Of a stretch of 64,000 nucleotides of DNA, positions 51,855-63,480 are shown one piece after another. Below the pieces are notes generated by a model. It saw nothing but the letters and a program-made list of their open reading frames with translations. It had not been told where the DNA came from and did not search any database. Within the stretch, counting starts at the first letter, position 1; every line of letters begins with the position of its first letter. Source of the DNA: Octopus bimaculoides (Eukaryota); assembly GCF_001194135.2 (NCBI RefSeq), contig NC_068992.1:66512851-66576850 (forward strand), given 5' to 3'. Both the position numbers and the translations under genes were made by a program.

Positions 51855-51961
51855 GTAAGCTTTTCTCACATATATTTCCAATCAAAGAATATCCTATTTT
51901 CCTATCATTTATTAGTATAGCAATAATATCTTTAGTCCCTTCACCCATTAACCTTTAGAAG

Positions 51962-52012
<51 letters not shown>

Positions 52013-52015
<3 letters not shown>

Positions 52016-52157
52016 TTTTAAGTATATATATTATAAAAATATAATTATAATTAAGGGCGCTAGAATGCCAGCTCCTATATTTGACATCTACTTCTAGTGT
52101 ATAGATGCTGGCATTTCAGCGTCTTTAATCATAATTATAATTATATACTTAAAAATT
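52013..52157. repeat. Palindromic MITE-like element / hairpin in the 472-nt intron
   Basis: aatttttaagtatata...ttaagggcgctagaatgccagctcctata pairs with tatagatgctggcatttcagcgtctttaa...tatatacttaaaaatt around a ~19-nt loop. Confidence 0.75.
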
Positions 52158-52326
52158 AATTTTACCAATATGATTGTTTTTTTATACACTAGTCACTGAT
52201 ATAATCATTTTAATGATTATATCCTCAATTATATATATATCTTGCATTGGGAATGTTACAATAATTCTGCCTAACTCTCAAATTTTCTTCACGATCTCAG
52301 TTTGTGTTGTTTTATTTCCTCTACAG

Positions 52327-52424
52327 GTAAAGATCAGTGACTTTGGATTGTCTCGAGCCCTTGGAGTAGGCAAAGACTATTACCAGAGTAATTTTACCAT
52401 CAATCTAAAACTTCCAATTGCTTG
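52327..52424 (+). CDS. Ack-like: Ack-like kinase exon: DFG and activation loop (VKISDFGLSRALGVGKDYYQSNFTINLKLPIAW)
   Basis: ctacag acceptor, TG|GTGAGT donor, 98 nt, phase 0/2, DFG motif and YY. Confidence 0.97.
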
Positions 52425-52782
52425 GTGAGTCAGTCCTTTGATGATGTTTTTTTATATGTTTTGATTTGAAATAGATTTAGGCTTATCGTTCAGACTCAGA
52501 AATGCTGTATCTTTGCCAGAGAATTATTGCTTTAGCATTAAATTGTAATTATAAAGAACTTGCTTCAGTATCAGGTTTAAGTTTATTTTTGATAGTTCTA
52601 TGTTGGTGGTTGCAGTGTGCTCCATTTCAGTGTGATAAAGTATAACACAGAGTCTTTACTATGGACAGGCTTTTCAAATATTTCTTAAGACTTTAATAGT
52701 AATCCCTGATTGTCGTCAGTGTTTCCTCTTAGTGCCTGTCCATGTGCCCACATTTTACAACTATTACACAAATGAAAAGCAT

Positions 52783-52859
<77 letters not shown>

Positions 52860-53989
52860 TAATCTCATCATTGGAGTCACAAGGCTATGAGATAATGCAT
52901 TATTAATTTTAAATAATGCAAATAAGCATTATATTCAATAGAATAATCTGAATGCTAAAGGGTTAAATTATCAACAGAAATTACTTTCTGAGAGAAAGCT
53001 TTCACAAGGACACCAGGCAATGATAGGTCTTGTGTAAGAGACACAGTTGTCAAAATATTTTTAAACAAATACTACTTTTTGTTTTTTTGACACTATTATT
53101 AGTAAGCTGTTGACAGCCCTCTAAAAGTCATTTAATGTCCATTTCTTTTTTTTTTGTCATGTCAGAGGTAGGCTTGTCCAGTTAAATGTGCAATTATTAT
53201 ATTAACTGAAGGAAAAGTATAGTGACAATATCCAGTATGAAATTTTAATTGTTGAGGAATTGTTATAAAAGTCAAGAGGGTATGAAAACAAAATTTATGG
53301 AATGAAACTAAATGATAGATTATATATACTTAAGGTCTATAATATTTGTCTGCTTTGAGGGATCATATAACATTTCTTTTGAGGGAGTCATTTGGCTAAT
53401 TATTGCAGATTAAAATGTGTAGTACCATTGGTTGATTGGTACATGTTGTGTTGAGAAATGACTGGCATATAGGAAAAGAAAGTTGTATATGTGTTGAGAA
53501 TCACTTAATTTAATCGAATGAATTTTTCTTTTATTGAAAAAAAAAATTGTTTTGAGAACAATATATTTTTCATGACCATTCATCACATGATTTTTTAAAA
53601 CATTTTCTCCATGCTTGGACATGGGGTCACACGATCTCTGTCTTCTGAGAAACCTTTATTGTCATCAGATGTAATACTTCCTTGAAGATTTTCCTTCCCA
53701 GTTTTTATCTGGTTACTGTGTTTTCAGAACCCTAACTTCTGCTGCTCATTTGGCCCTCCTAAGTAACACTTCCTGTTGACAACTTGTAAGAGGTCTTCTG
53801 ACTACTTCTAGAGAGCCATCCAGACATTTGAAAGTATTCATTCCCTGTCTGTTTTTCATGCCAATTTCTGACCCATACCAGCATGGACAACAGACATTAC
53901 ATGATGATGATTATGATGATGTATCTTCCTTCCTTTTTTGTCAATAAGAGAATGATCTCACTAAATCTCTTGTGGACTCCTGATTTATA

Positions 53990-54760
53990 TTGGATATGAA
54001 CTTAACAATTTCTACAACCACCTATTCTACAAATTGAACATGGACTCTTCCAAGACAGCCATACAATTCAGTATTCTTTCTGCTGTATCATGTTTTTGCC
54101 AGATTTACTTTCAGATCTTGTGATTCTAGACTCCCATGCATCTTTGGAACTTTGCCTCTGATTCTGCTGTGGGAACTTGCCAATCAGCATTGTGGGTACA
54201 GCCATGCTTGAACTGAATTGTTCCTGAACATGTCCATCTGTAGTTATTTCTTTCTAAAATATCTCCTGTGTCCTGACAATGATACTGAAACACTTGTTCA
54301 GATATTATCACCTGCTCCCTCCTCTTGCTCCAGCTGCTTTCTCTGTCATTCTACATTAATGATTCTTTCAACTGTCAACAGCTGCTGATCCTTCAGTTGG
54401 ATCCACTTGCTGTTGTCCCCCCCTCCTCCTCCTCCCCTCTTTCCTTCATGCATTCTCATCATTTATTAACCTCTTCTTGTGGCATTTCCTCCTGACATCT
54501 GTGATGGGAATTACACACCACTTAGCATTCCAAAGACATCCCCATTCTCAACAACACAATTTCATCATCTGAAACACATTCTCTGATCTGCTCTTCATGA
54601 ACCTCTTTCTCCTTCAATCCTTGCTAGTTAAGTGTCTCGCTAGTCTTTTAGTTACCCAATATTCTACCTGGCACCATTCCTCTTTCCATTTTTTCCAGGC
54701 CTGTCTTACTTTATCATTCCACCTCCTTGTCACTTACTGATTCGCTGGAACCTTCCCTCT
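53990..54760 (-). mobile_element. Degraded RTE-clade LINE fragment
   Basis: Minus-strand remnants WNDKVRQAWKKWKE (54680-54721), SLESQDLKVNLAKT (54091-54132; compare the RT motif GLxVNxxKTK) and KSPCSICR (~54030-54050), with many stops and frameshifts. Confidence 0.7.
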
Positions 54761-55160
54761 CCCCACACAGACTTGGTCTATGGGTTGCAGTGGTTTGTCT
54801 GTAAATCATCCCTGGACTTAAGAGCTAAGAGACTTAACTCTCTGCCTCATTAAAGATGTTTCTCTTTGTCAATTAAGTGTTGATTAATGTGCGTGCACAC
54901 ACACACACACACACACTCTCACAATCATATATACGCATGCACACACACACACACAGTCCTGTTTGTATTAGTATACTTCCTTTCAATGTGTTTTTACATA
55001 CTTGTATTATCTTAAGTTTGTGTAGCTGTGTATGCTTGAGAAGAACATTTTGTGTTTTGCAAGTGACAAGAGTTATTGGAAAGAATGACTGAAATTGCAG
55101 ACTTCCTTTACAACATTCTTCTCTAAAGCCTATAATTTGTGTTCATCACTCTAATTACAG

Positions 55161-55287
55161 GTGTGCTCCGGAGTGTATCAATTATTTGAAGTTTACATCT
55201 GCGAGTGATGTTTGGTCATATGGAGTTACTCTTTGGGAAATGTTTACATATGGATTCCAGCCTTGGGCTGGAATGACTGGACAACAG
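55161..55287 (+). CDS. Ack-like: Ack-like kinase exon: APE and subdomain IX ([42 protein letters not shown])
   Basis: ttacag acceptor, CAG|GTTGGT donor, 127 nt, phase 2/0 completes the split Trp codon, APE and DVWSYG motifs. Confidence 0.96.
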
Positions 55288-55844
55288 GTTGGTTGCCACA
55301 GAATTTGAAGTTTTTTTTTTTTTTTGATTTCTTGAAAGAAAATCTAATTATCTTTAGAGAGATTTTTTTTTTATTGAAATATTGTATCTTTTTGATGTAT
55401 TTAAAGAGTTTATATGCTCTCTGTCATATAGTCTATTTGATACAATTGAAATGAAATGGTCATCTTTGTCACCTAACAATGGCGGGGGTCACATGATAGA
55501 GTGTACAATAAACAACTTTACAATTAATGAGAAAATCATGAAATCTGTGTTGGCATGTGTTAATTATAACCCATCAGTTACTAGAATTGCTCAAACGTTA
55601 TCATTTACATTCTTCAGTGTATGGAGAGCTATTAATTTAGTTAAGATTTCCATAATAACCAGCCATGTTTAAGACAGGAATGGAAATAAACAATATGAAA
55701 GTCCTCTAAGAAACAAGAATTTTTTTTAAAGAGGAAATTGGGATAAAATGTTAAACCATATGAGATGACTAGGTTAATTTCTCAGCCTGTCATTTGACGT
55801 TTATTTTTATAGAATTTTAACCTTTTAGCATTTAAAACAGAAGC

Positions 55845-56086
55845 AATGACCAACACCTTTGGCATTATGTCGTACTTGAGAAGAAGACCATGGCAGATAC
55901 CGGTGTCATGCAAATGGCACCCAAGCTGGTGGCATATAATAGTACTCATCACACTCTCGGAGTGGTTAGTATTAGAAAGGGCTTCCAGCTGTAGAAAACC
56001 ATGTCAAATCAGACTGGAGTCTGGTGCAGCCTTTCAGCTTACCAGCCCTGGTCAAACCATCCAACGGATGTTAAATGATGTGATGA
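55845..56086 (+). mobile_element. SINE (family B) nested in a piggyBac-like MITE
   Basis: Family-B 3' end (cacactctcggagtggtt...caaaccatccaacggatgttaaatgatg). The MITE left end ttaaccttttagcattt precedes it and the MITE resumes at tctggccaaaatattctacc. Confidence 0.7.
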
Positions 56087-56298
56087 TATCTGGCCAAAAT
56101 ATTCTACCTGTTGTATGTTTAGACTGGCCAGTCCCTGAGGTTGTTGATCGAAGATAAGTTTTACGTTAGCTTAGAGCATAGTTTGTCTGGGTAAGATGAT
56201 GGAAAATTAGCAGAAACATAAACTGCAGGATAATGTTAGGAACATTTTCAAGGAATTTTGGAATAAATTAGATTGTTTTTTTTGTTCTTCTACTAAAG

Positions 56299-56448
56299 AT
56301 CCTTGAAGCTGTTGATCAGCCAAATTGTCAGCGCTTAGATCGACCTGATCTTTGCCCCAGAGAGTACTTTGACCTAATGAAATCGTGTTGGGAAGATGAC
56401 CCAAAGGATAGGCCTACATTCAGTGAAATATTTTTGAAACAGCCAAAG
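56299..56448 (+). CDS. Ack-like: Ack-like kinase exon: C-lobe end (ILEAVDQPNCQRLDRPDLCPREYFDLMKSCWEDDPKDRPTFSEIFLKQPK)
   Basis: AG acceptor at 56297-56298, AAG|GTAAGT donor, 150 nt, phase 0/0, CW...RPTF motif. Confidence 0.95.
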
Positions 56449-56580
56449 GTAAGTTTATTTACCTTTCCAAGAATTTTCAAAATGATTTGACCTTTATTCT
56501 TAAAAGTTTTCTCCCATATAATTGATCCACTCTTTCTTAGTGAGCTATTCTTCATGATAATGTTCTTGTGTTTTTTGTAG

Positions 56581-56687
56581 ATGCGCCCATCTCTGGCAAA
56601 AGCAGTTGCTGATTCTCCAGAAACCTCTGCTGGTGATGAATATTTAGTTTTTAAGGCTTACGACACCATTGTTATTTTAGATAAGAA
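56581..56687 (+). CDS. Ack-like: Ack-like exon: SH3 N-terminal half (MRPSLAKAVADSPETSAGDEYLVFKAYDTIVILDK)
   Basis: ttttttgtag acceptor after a 132-nt intron, AA|GTAAGT donor, phase 0/2. An SH3 directly after the kinase is an ACK-family hallmark. Confidence 0.9.
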
Positions 56688-57763
56688 GTAAGTGCCTCCA
56701 ATTTCTAATTCCTTTGCTCTGTTAGTTTCTGACCATATTTTCTCCAAATTTTTTTGCTGTTTTCTGTTCAGTCTTCTTACAACTGTTTTATAGTTTTTCA
56801 GCTTTTAATTCCTAAATTTTCAAAATTCTTACAATGTAATTTCTGAAAAAATTTAGTACTAAAGTAATTTAAAATTTAAAATAAAGAATAGTATACTGCA
56901 GTATAAGTTTACAATGTGTAATGAGAAGTTTGTTTCCTAACCACATGGTTTGTGAGAAAGGTTAGTTTTATTCTACCAATGCATTGTGTGTGTGCCATGC
57001 CCCGAGTTGTTGGGGTTTCAGGGCACAGTGGCAATATGCTCATACATTGTCCCTTGCCACCGATGCTTTTGCCAACTCAGCTACAGCTATCCCATCCAGT
57101 GTGAAAGGAACCACGGGGTCAGAGCAATAGTTTCTGTGCTTGCTCGATGGAATGGTGGTATCATGTTGCCTCTCAACGATGATGGCTGAATGCCTCTAAG
57201 CTGGAATCACAGTCGGACCCAACTTGTTTTCCAAAAGCATTTCAACCTCAAGGTGCATGCCAGCCCATCACGTTTGCATGATGAATGTCATCATCGCTGG
57301 CAGAATTGGCTTTCTGCGGGTCTTACTTCAGCACTGTCCCACCTGACTTGTTCAAAGAGATTGAGTTGAACAAAATTGCTTGCATGTGACTGTGGCTTAC
57401 TGCTTGGAGTGACGTGCTTAGTAGAGCAGCTGTGTGTGTGTGTGTGAAGAGGGAGAGAAATACATACATGCATACAGACTACTCCATAGAGCATATATAT
57501 TACAGACACACATATAGTATATTTGTTTAAAATTTGTCAAAAAAATTAACTAGGTAATCTTTCCAGCTGTATTACATATTTGCGTTAATCTGTTGAACAT
57601 CTTTCTGGATTAATTTCATTATCATATTTCAAAAGTAAACAATTCTGTGTTGGTGACCGTTTCTGAATTATCCTGAGACACATTTTAGGGATTTCTGCTC
57701 TAGATAAATAAGGAAACAACCTTCAGTGGTGCCCCAATGATAGAATGGTTTTCATTTCTCTCT

Positions 57764-57800
<37 letters not shown>

Positions 57801-58229
57801 TAAAGCTTTTAAAACAATTTTGTTGGTGTTGAACCCTAGAGAACATGTGTAACTAGCAACTAAACGATTGCAATTTTGACCTAGATTCAATTTTTTTTAT
57901 CCAGCAAGACCACACATGCTCTCTGAGTGTTTAGATATCATTCAATATCATGGAAATATCATCTGTTGGTGTAGATTGTCATCACACTGGGAAAATTACA
58001 AAATATTCCATAGCTTGTATAAATTAAAAACACACACACACGCACACTTCTTTTAAATTTAAGAAATTAACTGGGCAGTCTCTGCAACTGTGTTAGATAT
58101 TTGTATAGACCTGGTGAACATCTTCCTTGATTAGCTCATTATCAAGTTTTCATATTTTTATAAATTTCATGTAAACTGTTGATAATTCATTTATGTTTAA
58201 CTAAATTTGTTTTCTTCGTCTCTTTGCAG

Positions 58230-58372
58230 TCCAGAAAATGCCCCTTCAAAGTTCTGGAAAGGTGCATTGGATACAGGCAAATGTGGGCTCTTTGATGCTA
58301 CAAAGACAGTTGCGTTCATTGAACCCAAGACCAGCCCCATTGAGTTACCAAGAACTTCTCTATCGAGAAAGG
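58230..58372 (+). CDS. Ack-like: Ack-like exon: SH3 C-terminal half (NPENAPSKFWKGALDTGKCGLFDATKTVAFIEPKTSPIELPRTSLSRK)
   Basis: tctttgcag acceptor, G|GTAACC donor, 143 nt, phase 2/1, FWKG...G.F SH3 pattern. Confidence 0.9.
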
Positions 58373-59271
58373 GTAACCAACTTCAGTTCAAAACTTTACT
58401 CTCAATTTCTACCTTCTGCCCTTCCTGTTTTTCTTAAACTTAGCACTTGCATATTGTAATCGTAAGATTGGTTGAAACTGCATTGATGGTGTATTACAGC
58501 TGTAAAATAGATTAAACTATATATTACAACAGTATGGCCAGATGTTGTTTCAAACATAATCATTGAAAATAAATAATCTCACTTTTCTAGGAGGATATCT
58601 ACCAATCACACAACGGTGAGGAATGTTGGTGTTTAGCAATAATAAATTAGTATGATATTGAAAAATAGAAAATTGATCTAAGGAAAAGATCCTTTATGGT
58701 ATGGCATCAAAGATAATGTAATTAGATATCAAATGAATGATGGATATTAATCCTGTTTATAAGCTGTAGTACATTTAATATTACTGACCTGGAAAGTGTG
58801 TGACTAATGGCCTTAAATATACAGTATTCAGTTATGAATAAGTGGCTTAGATAAAATTAATTAGCCTGGCCTGATGATGAATTGAACTTGAAAAGAGATG
58901 GTTGGTTGTTTAATTAAAACTATTACTTAAGCAAAACTTTAAATTTTCATCTGTTGAAGGGTTATTTAATGAAATTGCATTGGAGTCTAGATGTCGGAGA
59001 AAGTAATGTGTTGTAGGATCATACAAACTAAAACATCTTGCTTAAATAGATGTTAACCTGCTGCTGCTTTGATGAGGAGTAGAAACTAATCTTGCAGCAT
59101 TTTACCCATCTTTACATTCTGATTTCAAATGCCACCAGGGTTGACTTTGCCTTTTATCCTTTCACGGTTGATGAAATAAGTATCAGTTGAGCACTGGGGT
59201 TGATCTAATCCAAAATTGCTGGCCTTGTGCCAAAATTCGAAACCATTATTATAATTCATTATTTAAAATAG

Positions 59272-59640
59272 AAACCTGGTGGCACGTAAAAAGCACCATC
59301 TGAATGTGGTTGATGCCAGGTCTGCCTGACTGGCTCCCCATGCCGATGGCACGTAAAAAGCACCAACCGATTGTGGCTGATGCCAGTAGCCCCTGACTGG
59401 CTCTTGTGCCAGTGGCACATAGAAAGCACCATCCGAACATCATTGATGCCAGGCCCACCTGACTGGCTCCTGTGCTGGTGGTACGTAAAAAGCACCCACT
59501 ACACTCTCGGAGTGGTTGGTGTTAGGAAGGGCATCCAGATCAGATTGGAGCCTGGTGCAGCCTACTGGCTCTCCAGACCTCAGTCAAACCATCCAGCCCA
59601 TGCCAGCATGGAAAACGGACGTTAAACGATGAGGATGAAT
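59272..59640 (+). mobile_element. SINE (family B) with 66/67-bp tandem units
   Basis: Units starting ggcacgtaaaaagcacc at 59281, 59348, 59414 and 59480, then the family-B 3' end ...ggaaaacggacgttaaacgatgaggatg. Confidence 0.85.
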
Positions 59641-59895
59641 TAAAAACCATGTTATAATTCATTGCACATTTAAAAAAGCATCCACACCCACACAGTGCTG
59701 TTACTTGTTTTTTTTTTTTTTTTGTTAGCATGACTTGGTAGCATGTGCAATGGTTTTAGGTGTCCATGTAGTCACAAGCTCACATAGACAATCTCTTGGC
59801 CAAACAATACTTTGACTGAGTGTAACATCCCGGATGTAACACGTAGAAGAGGAAAGAGAGCATTCCAGCAGAAAAGAGCTGCTATTTAATTTATT

Positions 59896-60032
59896 GAGGT
59901 TAAGTGGACAAAGTTAGTTAACCTAGGTGGGGTTTGAACTCAGCAGAGAACTGCAATAAATGTCACGAAGCATCTTAGTTGATACTTTAAAGATTCAATC
60001 TGTTTGTTGTCTCACTATACACACACACATGT

Positions 60033-60073
<41 letters not shown>

Positions 60074-60297
60074 CAAGTATGTGTATCCTCATTGTTTGAC
60101 GTCCACCTTCCATATATACACGTGTGTATTATATATATAGATATATATATGTGTATGTGTGTGTGTGTCTGTCTTAGTGAGACAGCAAACAGATTGAATC
60201 CTTAAAGTATTAAATAAGATGCTTTGTGACATTTATTGCAGTTCTCTGCTGAGTTCGAATCCCACTTAGGCTAACTAACTTTCATCCACTTAACCTC
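59896..60297. repeat. ~122-bp inverted repeat enclosing a microsatellite-rich spacer
   Basis: 59896-60017 is the near reverse complement of 60175-60297; the spacer holds (GT)n, (AC)n and (AT)n. Confidence 0.9.
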
Positions 60298-62109
60298 TGT
60301 GTGTGTGTGTGTGTATAAAACATGACCGTTGATACTTAATTTCCCTGTCTGTTAGAAGAAGTTAGTTGTTAGCCAGAGCTTATGGCAGTGTTTTGTTGCT
60401 TTTAGTTTCTGTTCAGTCTTTCACAACAAGCAACAACCACCCAGCTCCATAGAAAAAGTGTAGAAGTGAATCAAAAGACTTTGAAGTCACCAAAATTAGA
60501 TAACGTAATGTGTTTAGATGTGACACCTTTATAGATTCAAGATTATCCTAATTGTTGAAGCCTATCTTAAATAGTGAGGTCATAAAAACCGAGCTAGATC
60601 AATCATCATGGTTCAGATGTTATCTCTGAGGAGTCTTCTGGGATGTTTAGTCCACCCCCTTACTCGTCGTACTCATGGGAGTCTTTTTCACAGCAGAAGT
60701 TCTGGTGGTTAGCCACAAAAATGAGCAAAAAAAAAAAAACCAAAAAAAAAACTATTGAATATATAAAGAAGGAAGAGTGAGCATGGAGGAACCACTCCTT
60801 TTCCAACAGAAGAGTAAGATGTATGTATGTGTGTGTGGGGGGCGACCTGTAGAAAAAGATGATTTCATTCTAGAAGGAAAAAGGTTGACTAGGTTTGAGA
60901 AAGGCAGACAGTGTGAATGTGTAAGAAGGAGAGGAAATGTTTTATAAAAGGGATGAGGGGAGACAGGAGAAAGGGAGAACTTGAAAGTATTTTCATATAG
61001 AAAGACATTGATAATTATTGAATTATAATATTGTTAATAATAATAATAATGAGAATAATAATAACTGCAACTGTTATTATCAGAGACCTTTTTAGTGGGA
61101 TGGGCAACTCCACTTGAAGAAAATTCTGAGCTCCACCTGCAAGACCATGTGTTGTTTATCTTGATGTGAGGTCACCATATCACATATGGTTGTGAGGCAT
61201 GTGTCTGATGTACTCTTATCAGACAGGTAGTCATGATGGGGGTATATTGGGTTTCATATATTTGTGTCCCAGTGTCACTTTGATGGCATGTGCTACTCTC
61301 TCACTCAATAATCGTATGATAATACATAGATTCTGTGTTTTAACTCATTCACCATTAATGTAACGAGTACAACAAAAAAAATGTTCTGTAGCCATTAGAA
61401 TCAGTTGATATCGGTTAATAACAGTTAGGATGAATGTAATTGTGAAGAGGTCATTAAATCAGACCCAGTGTTGTATAAAGCTGTTGCTTCTGTTTAGCCT
61501 TACATTAACTGACTGAGGATGAAAGACATAAATCTGTTCCTCACCATCCATAGATCCAGACGGGTATTTTGATGTAAAGGAGGTAAAACTGCATTTTCTT
61601 GCACGTTGAGAGACTGCTTAATGGCTGCTCTCTCATTGGTCTCATACGAAATTAAACAGAACTAAATGACAATGTAGACAAGTCCTTTATAGTGCCGACT
61701 TGTCGTCTTGCTAATGTGGTCAGACAAGAAGAGCTGCTTGAAAGTGTGATGACTTGAGAATTGCAACAGTGAAATTGGTTAGTTTCTGCTTTTCGTGATG
61801 GAAATATAAATACTGAACATGAAAAAGATTAGGTTTATCCGTTGTTTACGCTATATATTAGTTTTAAAATTTTCTAACATAGAAATGTACAAAATTAAAT
61901 GCAATTAGCATTGTTGATTGTGCTAGGAATACAAAGAATTTGGAGTATTGAAATGTGAAAATAGCTTTAACTTTATATCATCCTGCTATTTCTTTTTATT
62001 TTTATACTAAAATACTGCAACTTTTCTAATTAAAAAATCAAACGAATGAAATTAAAAATAGTATAAAGGAAATATTTTTATTTTTGCTAATTTCAAATTC
62101 TTTTTATAG

Positions 62110-62268
62110 AATCCAGTCGGAGATCAGGCAGGAAACTTCGTGCTGACATGATCAGTGGACCAAAGGACGATCTTCGACACACAGGTCATATTGGTTATGA
62201 TGGAGCAGTTTTTGGTGACATACCTTTCATTGGGGATGGTAAACTTCCAGTAAAAGTAGCAAGCCCAG
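62110..62268 (+). CDS. Ack-like: Ack-like exon: CRIB/GBD (ESSRRSGRKLRADMISGPKDDLRHTGHIGYDGAVFGDIPFIGDGKLPVKVASP)
   Basis: tttttatag acceptor, CAG|GTTAGT donor, 159 nt, phase 1/1. ISGP..DLRHTGHIG matches the CRIB consensus ISxPxxFxHxxHxG. Confidence 0.93.
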
Positions 62269-63006
62269 GTTAGTACTTGGTTCTATAAAATCAGCTGCTG
62301 TTGTTTAGTAACTTTGATGTCTGGCTTCTGTGCTTAAACACTGAAGTTTAAGCACTACAGACAGTATTTTGGCTACAGTCTCTATGTAGCACTATATCAT
62401 TGTTTAACCTCAGGTCAGCTCTGATCAAGCTGACCTATAATGAAAAGCCTTCCTGCCAAGAATACTCAGTCTTTTATTTAAATATATCTAGGACTAGGTT
62501 ATCTAATGCATCTTTTTTTTTTTTTTTTGTATATATAGATGATAGATTGCAATTTAATGGTGACTTAGCTGCTATTTTATGAGCTAGTTGGATGGCCACA
62601 TAGCAGAGCTAGAACTGATCTGTTTAATGGAGTTGAATAATAATTGACTCTACAAGACTTCTAATATTGATTTCTTTCTTCACCAAAAGGTCACATATTA
62701 TTGTGTAATAATATATTTTTAGCTTGATGAATTGAAATTGTTTCACCTGGGAATCTGCATATCAACTTCTTACTCTTTGCAGTTGACAACTAACAACCTA
62801 ACATATTTCTAACTCTAAAGTCAAGCTGTTGTCTGAATATTCAGAATTGCTTAAAAAAAACAAAGATTACTTAATTACTAATGAACATTTTGAAGTGGTG
62901 TCATTGTTTAACATGTTAAATATATTTAGACTATTATTTATTTACTATTTATGTTGTCTATATCGTGTTTATCAGTTATTATTGATGTGTTGTTTGATAT
63001 TGGCAG

Positions 63007-63163
63007 GTAAATTAACTGAAGAAAGTCGTGGTGCATCGATATCATTACCGAGATTTGCAAGAGAAAGTCCGGCTCATGATCGCATCATTAGGAATAGTCA
63101 GTCTGATATATCCCTGAATCAAGATGGATCTCGACCAGGAACTAATGGCTATGGCAACACATG
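63007..63163 (+). CDS. Ack-like: Probable next Ack-like exon (GKLTEESRGASISLPRFARESPAHDRIIRNSQSDISLNQDGSRPGTNGYGNT); gene continues beyond the window
   Basis: ggcag acceptor in the required phase 1, open Ser/Arg-rich frame, candidate donor TG|GTTAGT at 63164. The 3' boundary is less certain. Confidence 0.75.
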
Positions 63164-63199
63164 GTTAGTAATCCAGTCTTTGTCTTTGTTTTGGGTGCA

Positions 63200-63480
63200 A
63201 CCAACTTTGTTACCAACGTCATTAATGAGGAAGATATTCAACTGAGATGGAAGGCAGTTTGGCTTTGTACAAGGACGGAGTACCTCTGGTGCTCTCGTGC
63301 TAATGAGACAACTATAGGGAAAGTACTTAGCTAGGGATAAAGCACTTGACCAATCTTTTGTTGATCTGAAGAAGGCATCAGTCAGGGTTCCACATTCTGA
63401 TGATTGCTAAGAAAACTAGGAAGATATGAAGGGCTTCCAAGAGTTGGGGACGCTATGCACAGAGGTGCTGCCAGTAAGGT
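63200..63480 (+). mobile_element. RTE-clade LINE reverse transcriptase remnant
   Basis: From 63255: QFGFVQGRSTSGALVLMRQL*GKYLARDKALDQSFVDLKKASVRVP, matching the non-LTR RT motifs QFGF..GRST.DAI and FVDLEKAFDRVP, with an internal stop. Confidence 0.85.

Noticed and set aside
63164-63245. Read-through extension of the last kinase exon to the stop at 63245
   Set aside because: The extension overlaps the start of the RTE RT relic, and a plausible donor exists at 63164.
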